A stretch of 64,000 nt of DNA from a virus (Duplodnaviria > Caudoviricetes). The translations under genes and the position numbers were made by a program. Position 1 is the first letter of the stretch. The number at the start of each line of letters is the position of its first letter. Shown here one piece after another: positions 44,812 to 54,069 of the stretch. Below the pieces are notes generated by a model, which did not search any database, was not told the DNA's origin, and saw only the letters and a program-made list of their open reading frames with translations. The stretch lies in the IMG/VR virus record IMGVR_UViG_3300025909_000005; one strand, 5' to 3'.

Positions 44812-47283
44812 ATGTCACTACTCCAAGACATTCTCAGCACTCCACTCCAAGAAGTTAAGGCATCTCCGATTCAATTTGATCAGAAGGCGGATGCAGAACG
44901 CTTCATTGATTGGCTGACGAAGAACGGCTACGATGACTACTCGCTTGACGACATTCAGACTCAGGGTAAGGGCTTCGTGATTCCAATCCTTGATCTATAT
45001 TCTCATGACGCGAAGAAGCTCTCTGACAAGGCAATTGGGATGACAATGAAAGAAAGCCTCATTCGTGAATTCACCAGCAATCAAGCCGCGCTGAAGACCT
45101 CTGACGGTTCAGACGCGGGAAAGTCAGACGTCATCGACAAGGCGCTTGCCGGCTCTGACGTTCAGTTCTCACTCATGCGCAACACCATCAACTCTGATGG
45201 CGGCGTAACCGGTTCGGACGTCTCTGACTACATCGAACGCGCTGAAGACCTGAACGACGAGGTTGACACCGTTCCGTTCGGCCTGGAAACTGACGATGGC
45301 CAGATTGTCAAGGTCTACGTGAACGCTGAGCAGGCAGACGCCTTCGAGGGCGCCATGAAGAACATGCTTGGCATGGAAGACGACATCGAGGCTGCCATCA
45401 ACCGCCTCACGACTGAGTTCGACATCGTCGACGTGGTATGGCCATCTGGTGGTGACGAGGGTGAGGGTGAAGAGGGTGCCGAAGAGGATCCTGATGCTGA
45501 CCTGACCATCGACAACGCCGCTGACGATGACTTCTCAGATGAGTCTGATGACGACTTCGCAGACGACCAGTACGACGTGATTGCCGCAGCTGACGACAAG
45601 ACAGACGACACCACGGATGACTCGTCAGAAGACGACGGCGATGCTGACAATGACGGTGATTCCGCCGATGACGACACCGACAACGACGATGAAGAAGAGC
45701 TTGACGACAATGGCAAGCCCAAGAAGAAAAAGAAGAAGGCACAACCAGCCGAACCGTCGGATGACGACACTACCAAACAAGAAAGCCTCAACATGACAAT
45801 TGGCTCATCATTCCTCAAGCGCGTTCTCAATGAGGCGCCTGCTGCCATGAACACCGATCAGTTCAAGAAGTTCAAGAAGTGGTCAAACGACTACTCACTT
45901 GCGCTGCTGAACGCTGGTGACAAGACTCCTGCAGCGGCGCTTGCAGCTGAAAAGAAGATCCGCGCCATGGACAACGGCGATGCTCTCATGGGAATCGCAA
46001 AGAAGGCTCACAAGACGTACATGAACCTGGCCGGTCCAGCTCACAGCGTTGGTGGTGCCATCGATCCTGCTGACATGAAGAAGGTCGACGCGATCATTCA
46101 AAAGGCCGCCGGTCTGATGGTGACGGCAAAGCCGACGAAGGTCACTGAGGATGCCGTTGATCCATCTCCAAACACCTCTCAAGACCAGGACGGCGTCAAG
46201 GACGGCTTCAACATCCCTCTCGACTCGCAGCAGCGCGCCCTGACCGGCAAGCTGAAGCTCCCTTGGGCAAAGCGCCTCATCGCCTTCCACGCAATGTGTG
46301 GTATCCCAGGTCGCTACCTGAACAACGAAGAAGCTGAGGGCTCCATCATGGGCGCAGCTGACATGCTGCGCAAGAAGGTTTCAGTTCGCCGCGCGTTCCT
46401 TGACTTCTACGACGCCTTCGCAACTGCCAAGGGCTACACGATCCCGGCATCGGAGCCAACAGTCACCGCTGAGGGAATCATGGAAGCTTCTGTCAAGAAG
46501 CGCGGTTCGTACCTGCAAAAGCTCCTCGAGTCGGTCATGATCGAACTCGGTCTTCCACCTGCTCTAGTTGCCAACACCGGCCCATCTGCAGTTGGTACTG
46601 CGATCTACCGCACGGCTGAGATGCTCGAGCAGTCCTCAGACCTCGAACGCATGATCCGCACTCTTGCAGCACGTCTTGGCATCAAGCCAACGGATGTGGG
46701 TGCTGACGTTGATGACGAGAGGGGTGGTGCTCCTGAAGAAGACGAATCGGTCACAGAAGCCAAGAACCACCTCGGCGAGCCAGAGCAGACGACCTTCGCT
46801 GGTTGGAAGCGCGCGTGCAAGCAGCTGGACCCAAAGGTCTGGTTCGAAGGTGACAAGGACATCTGTGAAGCGTTCGTCGGTCCAAACCCATACAAGCGCG
46901 GTGAGACGAAGTCCATCGGCCAGTGGGACGGTGACAAGGGCTCCATCTACAAGGACAAGGTCACTGAAGCCGTTGACCTCGGTAGCGATGACCCGTATGT
47001 GACTGCTGTCTCGAACCTGATGTCGCAACTTGGTGTTCCGGACGTCGTGCTGAACTCCCGTCGCGCAGCTGTTGTTCAAGGTCTGCTTGCCCAGAAGCGC
47101 GCTGTACGTGCGTCGACTGTCATGACGGCCATTGGCAAGCTGTCGAACGTGATCACTGCCAACAAGATCCAGACCCCTTCGACGCAGCAGAACACGCAGC
47201 AAGGCCAACAGAACAATCAACAGCAGGGTCAGGCCAATGAGGCTGCATCCCGTTGGAAGTTCCTCTCGGCTCTCAAGGACTAA
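44812..47283 (+). CDS. multi-segment acidic prohead core/internal protein
   Basis: AAGGA SD; long Asp-rich linker; repeated LIRE, LNEA, VTED, VTEA, ANEA motifs. Confidence 0.6.
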   Translation: MSLLQDILSTPLQEVKASPIQFDQKADAERFIDWLTKNGYDDYSLDDIQTQGKGFVIPILDLYSHDAKKLSDKAIGMTMKESLIREFTSNQAALKTSDGSDAGKSDVIDKALAGSDVQFSLMRNTINSDGGVTGSDVSDYIERAEDLNDEVDTVPFGLETDDGQIVKVYVNAEQADAFEGAMKNMLGMEDDIEAAINRLTTEFDIVDVVWPSGGDEGEGEEGAEEDPDADLTIDNAADDDFSDESDDDFADDQYDVIAAADDKTDDTTDDSSEDDGDADNDGDSADDDTDNDDEEELDDNGKPKKKKKKAQPAEPSDDDTTKQESLNMTIGSSFLKRVLNEAPAAMNTDQFKKFKKWSNDYSLALLNAGDKTPAAALAAEKKIRAMDNGDALMGIAKKAHKTYMNLAGPAHSVGGAIDPADMKKVDAIIQKAAGLMVTAKPTKVTEDAVDPSPNTSQDQDGVKDGFNIPLDSQQRALTGKLKLPWAKRLIAFHAMCGIPGRYLNNEEAEGSIMGAADMLRKKVSVRRAFLDFYDAFATAKGYTIPASEPTVTAEGIMEASVKKRGSYLQKLLESVMIELGLPPALVANTGPSAVGTAIYRTAEMLEQSSDLERMIRTLAARLGIKPTDVGADVDDERGGAPEEDESVTEAKNHLGEPEQTTFAGWKRACKQLDPKVWFEGDKDICEAFVGPNPYKRGETKSIGQWDGDKGSIYKDKVTEAVDLGSDDPYVTAVSNLMSQLGVPDVVLNSRRAAVVQGLLAQKRAVRASTVMTAIGKLSNVITANKIQTPSTQQNTQQGQQNNQQQGQANEAASRWKFLSALKD

Positions 47284-47284
47284 C

Positions 47285-47644
47285 GTGAAGATCTCTGAGC
47301 TTCTCGAAGCCAATCTTGACAAGCTCAAGGCGCATGCTGATGATCCGAAGAACCACCCGGTTTTCTCGGATCATGTGAGCAAGCGCGTTCAAGACATGGA
47401 GCAAGATGAAGCTTATGAGGCGGCCGAGGAAATCATTCGCCGACTTGCTAAGAAGGCGGGAGCTTCCTATGCTTCTGTGTCTTCCTACTGGCTCGGCGGC
47501 GGGATGCCAGGTGACGACTACGCACAGTACATGGAAAAGCAAGACATTCATCTTGAAGATGGCTGGGACTACAACAAGGAAAAGCTAAACAAGATGGGCA
47601 TGTCAAAGCAGGACTACATGATTCTTCTGAAGGCATCCGAGTAA
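47285..47644 (+). CDS. candidate head internal protein
   Basis: GTG start 47285; MKISELLEA. Confidence 0.6.
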   Translation: MKISELLEANLDKLKAHADDPKNHPVFSDHVSKRVQDMEQDEAYEAAEEIIRRLAKKAGASYASVSSYWLGGGMPGDDYAQYMEKQDIHLEDGWDYNKEKLNKMGMSKQDYMILLKASE

Positions 47645-48360
47645 TGTGGCTCCTCAAAGAAATTACCAAGGCTGACGAGCCAGTTGAGAAGGCAGATCCT
47701 GCAGAGATCTCAGACGCCCCTGCGCCTGTCGAGCCAGATGGCTGGTCCATCGGCCACCTGGCAAACCACGGCGTTCTGCTCGCCTGCGACGGTTTCCAAC
47801 TGAAGCTTGACGCAAAGCAACTTGACAAGTTCTTCGACATTGCCGAGTCTGGGGACATAGGTGAGATTCGCGACCAGTCTGGTAAGATCGTTGGCGTTGA
47901 ACCAACCTCTGACTCCATTATCCTGACACGTGTCGGTGACCCAGTCTACCCATCTGGTGTCGTGCTCGACCTTGGCACCCTCAAGGACCTTGGCATCGAG
48001 CAGGACGAACAGGAACGCCAAGATGCAGAAGACGGTGAGGACGACAACGATCCTGCTCAAGACGCGCCTGACGATCCAGCGGATGATACAATTGACAACA
48101 AGGTGGAAGAAGGCGTCCACGTTGCCTACAAGCGATCCGGCAAGAAGATCGTCAAGGGTTTCCGCGTTACCTCTGGCTACCGCAAGGGCCGAGTTGTTAC
48201 GAACCTCAAGACCGCCTACAAGCCAAAGCCGCCTGCTGCAACTCGCATGAAGCTAAGTCGTGCAGCAAAGCGCCACAAGGTCGTCCGCGTGTTGAAGTCT
48301 AAGCGCACTCGTCGAATGTCAATCAGCAAGCGCTTGAAGCGCATGAACCAGGGACGATAG
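47644..48360 (+). CDS. prohead-core-like protein with basic C-terminus
   Basis: Acidic middle, VEEG then R/K-rich FRVTSGYRKGRVV...SKRLKRMN. Confidence 0.55.
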   Translation: MWLLKEITKADEPVEKADPAEISDAPAPVEPDGWSIGHLANHGVLLACDGFQLKLDAKQLDKFFDIAESGDIGEIRDQSGKIVGVEPTSDSIILTRVGDPVYPSGVVLDLGTLKDLGIEQDEQERQDAEDGEDDNDPAQDAPDDPADDTIDNKVEEGVHVAYKRSGKKIVKGFRVTSGYRKGRVVTNLKTAYKPKPPAATRMKLSRAAKRHKVVRVLKSKRTRRMSISKRLKRMNQGR

Positions 48361-48379
48361 GTTCAGAAGAAAACAACAG

Positions 48380-49057
48380 ATGAAGTTCCCATACCCAGAT
48401 CTCAGCACAGAGACATACAACAATCAGAGGTGGTACGTTACGCCAACTGGTGCCTATCCTTCGATAACCACGATCCTAGGCACCACCGCCCCTCCTGAAA
48501 AGGTTGCCTCGCTGCAGAACTGGCGCACGTCCCTTGGTGCTGCCAAGGCCGATGAGGTCTCCAAGAAAGCTACCGACCATGGCACAAACGTCCACCTTTT
48601 GGCAGAACGTTATCTCAAGGGTGAGGAAGTTCTGGCTCCTATCAATGGAAAGCCAGTGCCTCACCTCGACGTTGCTGCCTTTAATGCTCTTCGCCTGAAG
48701 CTCGACAAGATCGAAGAAGTTTGGGGTCAGGAGGTCGCTCTCTACTCCACGACAATTGAGGTCGCTGGCCGCTGTGACCTGATCGGCAAGTACAAGGGCC
48801 GACCCGTGATCGTCGACTTCAAGACTGCTTCCCGTGTCAAGGGCAAGAAGGACATCGAGGACTACAACCTGCAGCTTGCCTTCTACGCCATTGCCCACAA
48901 CGAGATGTTCGGGACGGACATCCAGCACGGCGTCATCCTCATGGTCTCTGACCTTGGTTTCCCTCAGGAATTCAACGTCAACCTCCTGGACCACTACGAA
49001 GAGCTCGGAAAACGAGTCGATTCCTTCTGGTCCAAAGCGATAAATAGTGTTGCATAA
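48380..49057 (+). CDS. PD-(D/E)XK (RecB/Cas4-like) exonuclease
   Basis: YPSITTIL, GTNVH, EVALY, AGRCD, IVDFKT, QLAFY. Confidence 0.88.
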   Translation: MKFPYPDLSTETYNNQRWYVTPTGAYPSITTILGTTAPPEKVASLQNWRTSLGAAKADEVSKKATDHGTNVHLLAERYLKGEEVLAPINGKPVPHLDVAAFNALRLKLDKIEEVWGQEVALYSTTIEVAGRCDLIGKYKGRPVIVDFKTASRVKGKKDIEDYNLQLAFYAIAHNEMFGTDIQHGVILMVSDLGFPQEFNVNLLDHYEELGKRVDSFWSKAINSVA

Positions 49058-49072
49058 TCTCTCGGAGAAGAA

Positions 49073-49480
49073 ATGACAACACAGACCACTGATGAGGACT
49101 ACGGCGACGTCGTTGCTCTGCCAGCCATCGCCCTTGACACCACTGGTGCCACCTCTGACGCAGCTGTCGAAGTTGCACCAGACCCAGCCGTCTCGACCTC
49201 GGTCATGGCTGAAATCAGCAACACCTCCTACGGTGGTTCAGATGACCTGGCGATGTTCGACATCGTCTTCACTGTCAGCTGCTACGGACAAGGTGACAGC
49301 AAGACCTTCAAGGTTGTGAAGCGCATCTCCGTTTCCAAGTCGAAGCTGCTTGCCGACGCGACTGGAGCCACCTCCCAAACGGTCGAATCTCAAGAAGATG
49401 AGACACCGGAACCAACCGTTGAGACTGGCAAGCCACGCTACAATCTCGAACGCCTCAAGGCCCTCTCCGGTCTCAAGTAA
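49073..49480 (+). CDS. acidic late protein
   Basis: TAAATA 49041-49046; GGAG SD; C-terminal LERLKALSGLK. Confidence 0.65.
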   Translation: MTTQTTDEDYGDVVALPAIALDTTGATSDAAVEVAPDPAVSTSVMAEISNTSYGGSDDLAMFDIVFTVSCYGQGDSKTFKVVKRISVSKSKLLADATGATSQTVESQEDETPEPTVETGKPRYNLERLKALSGLK

Positions 49481-49488
49481 GGAATCCC

Positions 49489-50142
49489 ATGGCCAAGATC
49501 ATTATCATCGCCCCATCTGACGCAGACGTTGACGACGCAGTCAAGCTCCTCAAGAACGCAGGTAACGACGTTGACGTCGAATCCCCTGACGGCAAGGCGC
49601 TTCTCCACATTCTCCTCGGCCTCATGAGCCCGTCTGCCTACGGCTTCGGTGCCGCCTATACCATCGGTCAAGTGAACCCAGGTTCCGACGATGACGACAG
49701 CGGTGACGACGATGACAAGGGCGGCAAGAAGGACAAGGGTGACGATGACACTCCTGCTCCAAAGGACGATGACAAGGGCAGTAAGGACGATGACACGTCT
49801 ACTGACGACAGCGGCTCGGATGCGGGTGGCGGTGACGACTTCAACTTCGAAGCTCTGAACCTCGCGACGACCGTTGACGGTGAGCGCATCCTAGCTGAGC
49901 GAGTCAAGTCCCCAACCTCTACGCTGCTCGTTCAAGAGCTCAAGACAGGTTCCAAGACCACGTATCAATTGAATGAGAGCATCTTCTCATTCTACCCGAC
50001 AGATGCCTCGAAGCTCGTTCAGCGCATTGACCTGAAGATCGAAGGCAAGCCAGGTCAGTCTCACGAGATCGCTATCGCGAAGTCAGAAGACGGCAAGGCC
50101 AAGATCCTGGTGGGTGACGACCTCGCAGACCTCTACAAGTGA
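49489..50142 (+). CDS. late protein with Asp/Gly-rich linker
   Basis: AAGGA SD; NFEA and LNES motifs. Confidence 0.6.
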   Translation: MAKIIIIAPSDADVDDAVKLLKNAGNDVDVESPDGKALLHILLGLMSPSAYGFGAAYTIGQVNPGSDDDDSGDDDDKGGKKDKGDDDTPAPKDDDKGSKDDDTSTDDSGSDAGGGDDFNFEALNLATTVDGERILAERVKSPTSTLLVQELKTGSKTTYQLNESIFSFYPTDASKLVQRIDLKIEGKPGQSHEIAIAKSEDGKAKILVGDDLADLYK

Positions 50143-50304
50143 AGATCAGCACAGGTCCTAAGATTCCACTTGACGGTGAAACAGGTGACCGTTGGTTGGA
50201 CAAAGACTGGAAAGATGGTCCAGTTTGGAGGATCTGTGATCGCTGGACCGCGGGTTCGCGGGTTTGGTCAATCGAAAAGAAGTCCCTAAAGAAACATACG
50301 CATA

Positions 50305-50949
50305 ATGACAAAAAGCCATAGCCCGTTCCATGTAGTCGAGGACTTCCTGTCCCCTGCATTCTGCGAGCACGTGATCAAAGAGTACGGCATCGCCGTTCCA
50401 TCTCTCGATGACAAGGAAAAGCCCATCAAGAATGAGCGCTTCACTGACATTGAGATCCTTGCCACTGTGCAGGATGGCCTGTACGAGCACCTCGCTGACA
50501 TTCAAGGTCGGTACAAGGGGCTCGCCAAGGAAATGGGTGACAAGACACCAATCTTCCGACAGTACTTTGAGAATCCCAAGGACGCAGCTGAACCGCACGG
50601 CTGCGAAGCCTTCACCTACTTCCGAAAGAAGTGGATCCAGAGCAAAGACGTTCACCTCGTTGGGTACATCTGGCTCAAGGACTACGGCAACGGTGTTCCG
50701 CTTGATCCACGCTTTGAGGTCTACGGTGGCAAGCTCGAGTTTCCTGGCTACGACTTCTCCCTGATCCCACAGCGCGGTACCCTCGTGCTGTTCCCTGCGG
50801 ATCCACACTTCATCACAGCCATCTCACCAATCCTGGTCGGCAGCCTTGAGCTGTTGAAGATCAGCATCAAGTTGGAGAACGCAGATGGCACTCACTGGCT
50901 CTACCAGCCAGCGAACTTCCCTGGCACCTACCAAGATTGGTTTGAATAA
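50305..50949 (+). CDS. 2OG-Fe(II) oxygenase-fold protein, degenerate metal site
   Basis: DFLSPAFC, YGGKLEF, IPQRGTLVLFP; HGC replaces HxD. Confidence 0.65.
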   Translation: MTKSHSPFHVVEDFLSPAFCEHVIKEYGIAVPSLDDKEKPIKNERFTDIEILATVQDGLYEHLADIQGRYKGLAKEMGDKTPIFRQYFENPKDAAEPHGCEAFTYFRKKWIQSKDVHLVGYIWLKDYGNGVPLDPRFEVYGGKLEFPGYDFSLIPQRGTLVLFPADPHFITAISPILVGSLELLKISIKLENADGTHWLYQPANFPGTYQDWFE

Positions 50950-51356
50950 TGGCATCTCTAGCAGACTTTGGCGTTCCTGGCTCCGGCTCTGGCATCCTTC
51001 ACCCGCTGATGGCCTACCGTTGGCGCATCATGTTTCCAGGTGCAGAGCTTATCACCGCGCAGGCGACGAAGATTGAGCTTGACCTCATCAACTGCTCCTT
51101 CACGCTCTACGCTGAGCAGCCGGCGATCAATGCAGAGAAGTTCCTGCATCAGATCACCAAGATCGGTGCTCGAAAGAGCGCAGGAAGCACGCGCTTCTCG
51201 ATCGATTTCTTGGATGGATCTGACGGTGTTCTGAGCCAAATCGAAGGCTACACCAAGATGCTATCGCATCAGTTCGTTCTGGACTACGCGAACACTGGCG
51301 TTGCTACGCACGTCATGAAGTTCGAGTACAACCCAGGCTCAGCGAACATTCAGTAA
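50949..51356 (+). CDS. tail-tube-like (gp19-family) protein, tentative
   Basis: LADFGVPG..GILHP...RWRIMF pattern. Confidence 0.45.
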   Translation: MASLADFGVPGSGSGILHPLMAYRWRIMFPGAELITAQATKIELDLINCSFTLYAEQPAINAEKFLHQITKIGARKSAGSTRFSIDFLDGSDGVLSQIEGYTKMLSHQFVLDYANTGVATHVMKFEYNPGSANIQ

Positions 51357-52291
51357 GGCTTCCAGTCCCCTTGGACTGAGTTGCTCCCTACCCATTCGTA
51401 GACGGTGTTGACATTGATCAGCGAGCCGTCGTACGCCTCACCGTAGTTCACGAACACGAGTGAGCGAATTGGGCCTGTCCGTTCCTGCACGGGAGTGCTA
51501 GGAAGGCCATCGCCGCCTGCGAGGTAGGTGTCGCCAAACGGAGTCAGGAACTCGGCATCCGATCCATCATCCTGAACGTCTGCGTTGGGGATCTGGGTGA
51601 CGTCAGTCGCTCCTACACCGGTCGAGCCTGGCGCAGAGTAGGCTCGTCTACCCATCATTTCGATCCACGGATTGTCAGCGTTGATCTTCGTTCGAAGGTC
51701 GTCGATGTCCCATCCCGTCTGAGGCGTTCCTCCGGGATCCGGCTGACCGTCACTTGTCGTGGGCGTCACTGTTTTTGCCACCAAATCGTACGTACGGGTG
51801 CGAGCTTGAATCGAAACGGTGTCGGTTGGGTTGATAACCGCAGTGTCCGGGGTGAGTTGAAGCCCTAGCTTGCTCGGAACGTAGAAAAGCTTGGTCCACG
51901 TAAACGGCTGCACTGAGACGATTTCGGGCGCTATCTTGCCACTAATGCTATAATTCGTGACGCGCCAGTTGCCGTCAACGTAGTCAATGATGTACTCGTC
52001 ATGCCACGTCAGCTGCTGGTCTAGAGAAAGAACAGACACCGGCCCCGTGACGTTCTCCTCAAACTTCGTATTGTGGTTCGTGACGACACACTTGCCTGTG
52101 AGCTCCCCACCATCTGGTGTCCACTCAAAGACCTCAATCGAGATGTTGTTGCCAGGAGCTCCGACGTCACGGGCACGGAAGTACGTGCCACCAGCCCAAA
52201 GACGGGCGCGGCGGGAGTTGTGTTGCTTGATATGGGGGTCGCCTCCTACGGCTGGAACGTAGGAGTACGTAGGCATCAATCCACTTGGCAT
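51350..52291 (-). CDS. putative structural protein
   Basis: Start corrected to TAATG-coupled 52291 after PAAR. Confidence 0.55.
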   Translation of the reverse strand: MPSGLMPTYSYVPAVGGDPHIKQHNSRRARLWAGGTYFRARDVGAPGNNISIEVFEWTPDGGELTGKCVVTNHNTKFEENVTGPVSVLSLDQQLTWHDEYIIDYVDGNWRVTNYSISGKIAPEIVSVQPFTWTKLFYVPSKLGLQLTPDTAVINPTDTVSIQARTRTYDLVAKTVTPTTSDGQPDPGGTPQTGWDIDDLRTKINADNPWIEMMGRRAYSAPGSTGVGATDVTQIPNADVQDDGSDAEFLTPFGDTYLAGGDGLPSTPVQERTGPIRSLVFVNYGEAYDGSLINVNTVYEWVGSNSVQGDWKPY

Positions 52292-52587
52292 TAGGCCTCG
52301 AATGAAACAGTTGCGGCCCCTGAGCTTGCCACACCATCGTGGCAGTGCTTGTGGCAGCAGTGGCGTGAAATCTTGGTCTTGCCGTTCAACGCCACAGGTT
52401 GATTGTTTACGAACACAGTGGACGTCCAAGGACCGATGAAGACGGTTGGTGGAAAGCAGCCGTGACCTGTCGTGTTCGGCTTTCCCTTGTGCGTGATCGG
52501 CATGCCGTTGGCGAAGACGTTGGCAGACCCGACCGCTGAGTGGTCTCCACAAGTTACAGAATCTCCGATGCGAACGACGTTTCCCAT
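52291..52587 (-). CDS. PAAR-motif spike tip protein (gp5.4-like)
   Basis: RIGD...GSANVFANG.P, GH.CFPP, STVFVN, HCC..HC; minus TAAATA 52608-52613. Confidence 0.85.
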   Translation of the reverse strand: MGNVVRIGDSVTCGDHSAVGSANVFANGMPITHKGKPNTTGHGCFPPTVFIGPWTSTVFVNNQPVALNGKTKISRHCCHKHCHDGVASSGAATVSFEA

Positions 52588-52640
52588 GCTGTTCCTAAGT
52601 TGTAGTGTATTTATCGGGACACGTGTGTTAAAATGGGCTC

Positions 52641-52844
52641 ATGCCAACAGTACAGCCACTCTTCGGAGTGAACAGCCAGGCAGAGATCGACGTTGACTCT
52701 CTGACCTCAATGGATGCCATCGAGTTCGCCGCGCAAGCTGCGTCCGCTGGCCTGTACGTGCGCTTCTTCGCCAAGGACGATAACCTCTGGGCAATCGTCG
52801 TTGGCCCCTTCGATGAACTGTCCGACTTCCTGACAACGCTATGA
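52641..52844 (+). CDS. small leaderless early protein
   Basis: TGTTAAAAT (52626-52634) then gggctc-ATG. Confidence 0.6.
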   Translation: MPTVQPLFGVNSQAEIDVDSLTSMDAIEFAAQAASAGLYVRFFAKDDNLWAIVVGPFDELSDFLTTL

Positions 52845-53209
52845 AACTCCTCGAACTGCTCGACGCGCTCCATGCGGTTGCAAACGAGCAAGGCAACATC
52901 GACACGTTCCACGACGATGCCGAGTGGGGTATCGGATCGCTGAGCTTCAAGCTCGGAAAGATCATCGATCGCCCGAACGGCTCGATGACGTACAAGTCCC
53001 TGGTCTCTCAGGAGGACTACGAGTTCGCACTCGAAACGCTGGCAAACAAGCTGACGGCAGAGGAACTCGGGAAGATGTGGGATGAGTCGCCGGAAGCTGA
53101 GCGCTTTATGTCGCGTGAAGAGCTCATCAAGAACAACCTCCAGTTCCAGGCTGAGCAGGCAGATGTAGTGAAGCAGTACGAAGCTGCTCCTTGGTCGGTG
53201 GTGTTCTGA
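52841..53209 (+). CDS. hypothetical protein
   Basis: Coupled ORF. Confidence 0.6.
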   Translation: MKLLELLDALHAVANEQGNIDTFHDDAEWGIGSLSFKLGKIIDRPNGSMTYKSLVSQEDYEFALETLANKLTAEELGKMWDESPEAERFMSREELIKNNLQFQAEQADVVKQYEAAPWSVVF

Positions 53210-53478
53210 TGAAACTATGGAAGCAAACCTGGCGGATCGTCAAGCTCTCCACGAAGGAGTACTTCGGCCCCATCTTCTGGTTCACGGCATGGGCGCTGTG
53301 GCTTCGCGGCCACGTCGAGTACCTCATGACGCGTTGCGTACCAGATTCCTGGACGTGGCTCGGTGAGACGATGGCCGAGGCCTACCTCGAGTCGATGCAC
53401 GATTCACAGGCCTTGCAGGAATGGGCCTGCAAGGACCTCGACGTGATTTTTCCAAAACTCTGGCCCTGGGGATTCTGA
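53209..53478 (+). CDS. hypothetical Trp-rich protein
   Basis: Start corrected to 53209. Confidence 0.5.
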   Translation: MKLWKQTWRIVKLSTKEYFGPIFWFTAWALWLRGHVEYLMTRCVPDSWTWLGETMAEAYLESMHDSQALQEWACKDLDVIFPKLWPWGF

Positions 53479-53666
53479 TGGAAGACGCACAAATGATGGG
53501 AGCTGTCACGATCATCGTGGCCCTCCTTGGTCTCCTGATCGGTGGCTGTGTCGGTGTTCACCTCGAACACGGCTTCTCACCTGACTGCTGGTGGGGAGCA
53601 CTGATCGGCGCAGGCTGCGTGCTTGGCGTCTGCGGCGTCGACGCAGTCGGTGATGTGGACTGGTGA
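53478..53666 (+). CDS. small 2-TM protein
   Basis: Start corrected to 53478; Gly-rich TM helices. Confidence 0.55.
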   Translation: MEDAQMMGAVTIIVALLGLLIGGCVGVHLEHGFSPDCWWGALIGAGCVLGVCGVDAVGDVDW

Positions 53667-53827
53667 TGATCGCGACCTACGCCTTCTATGACCATCTGCC
53701 GGTGCCCTGCGAGGGAGACGATCCCATCGCCCGCTCCATGAGGGTCGAGACAACGGACGCTGAAAAGACCCGCGACCAGCTGCAAGAGGAGCACGGCGGG
53801 TGGATCCAAATCTGGGACATCGAATGA
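53666..53827 (+). CDS. small hypothetical protein (53 aa)
   Basis: Coupled at both ends; missed by ORF track. Confidence 0.45.
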   Translation: MIATYAFYDHLPVPCEGDDPIARSMRVETTDAEKTRDQLQEEHGGWIQIWDIE

Positions 53828-54069
53828 CACTTCAAGAACTCATCGACTTCTGCGATGCCGAAGGCATCAGCCGTGATACGCACATCGCAATGCGGGCGAA
53901 GGACGACTACCTGCTCGTTCCCGAGCGGATCGAGCTTGACTTCCCGTACTTCGGCAACTGCGAGTACGGTGACGAGGTGCTCGACGAAATCTGCCCACGA
54001 GATGAGGACGGTGAGCGTGACTACGACAACTCACCTGACTTCATCATCCTGAACACGGGGCGAGGATGA
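53824..54069 (+). CDS. small acidic protein
   Basis: Start corrected to 53824. Confidence 0.55.
   Translation: MTLQELIDFCDAEGISRDTHIAMRAKDDYLLVPERIELDFPYFGNCEYGDEVLDEICPRDEDGERDYDNSPDFIILNTGRG

Noticed and set aside
45450-45720. GACGAT-rich quasi-repeats (also 49680-49840) as a possible array
   Set aside because: Low-complexity Asp codons with no fixed repeat-spacer period; not CRISPR or satellite
48380-49057. Cas4-like nuclease as evidence of a CRISPR system
   Set aside because: Stand-alone PD-(D/E)XK exonucleases are common in T4-like phages; no cas genes or array nearby
52292-52552. N-terminal extension of the 51350..52552 ORF overlapping PAAR
   Set aside because: Out-of-frame read-through of the PAAR gene; the TAATG-coupled ATG at 52291 is the better start
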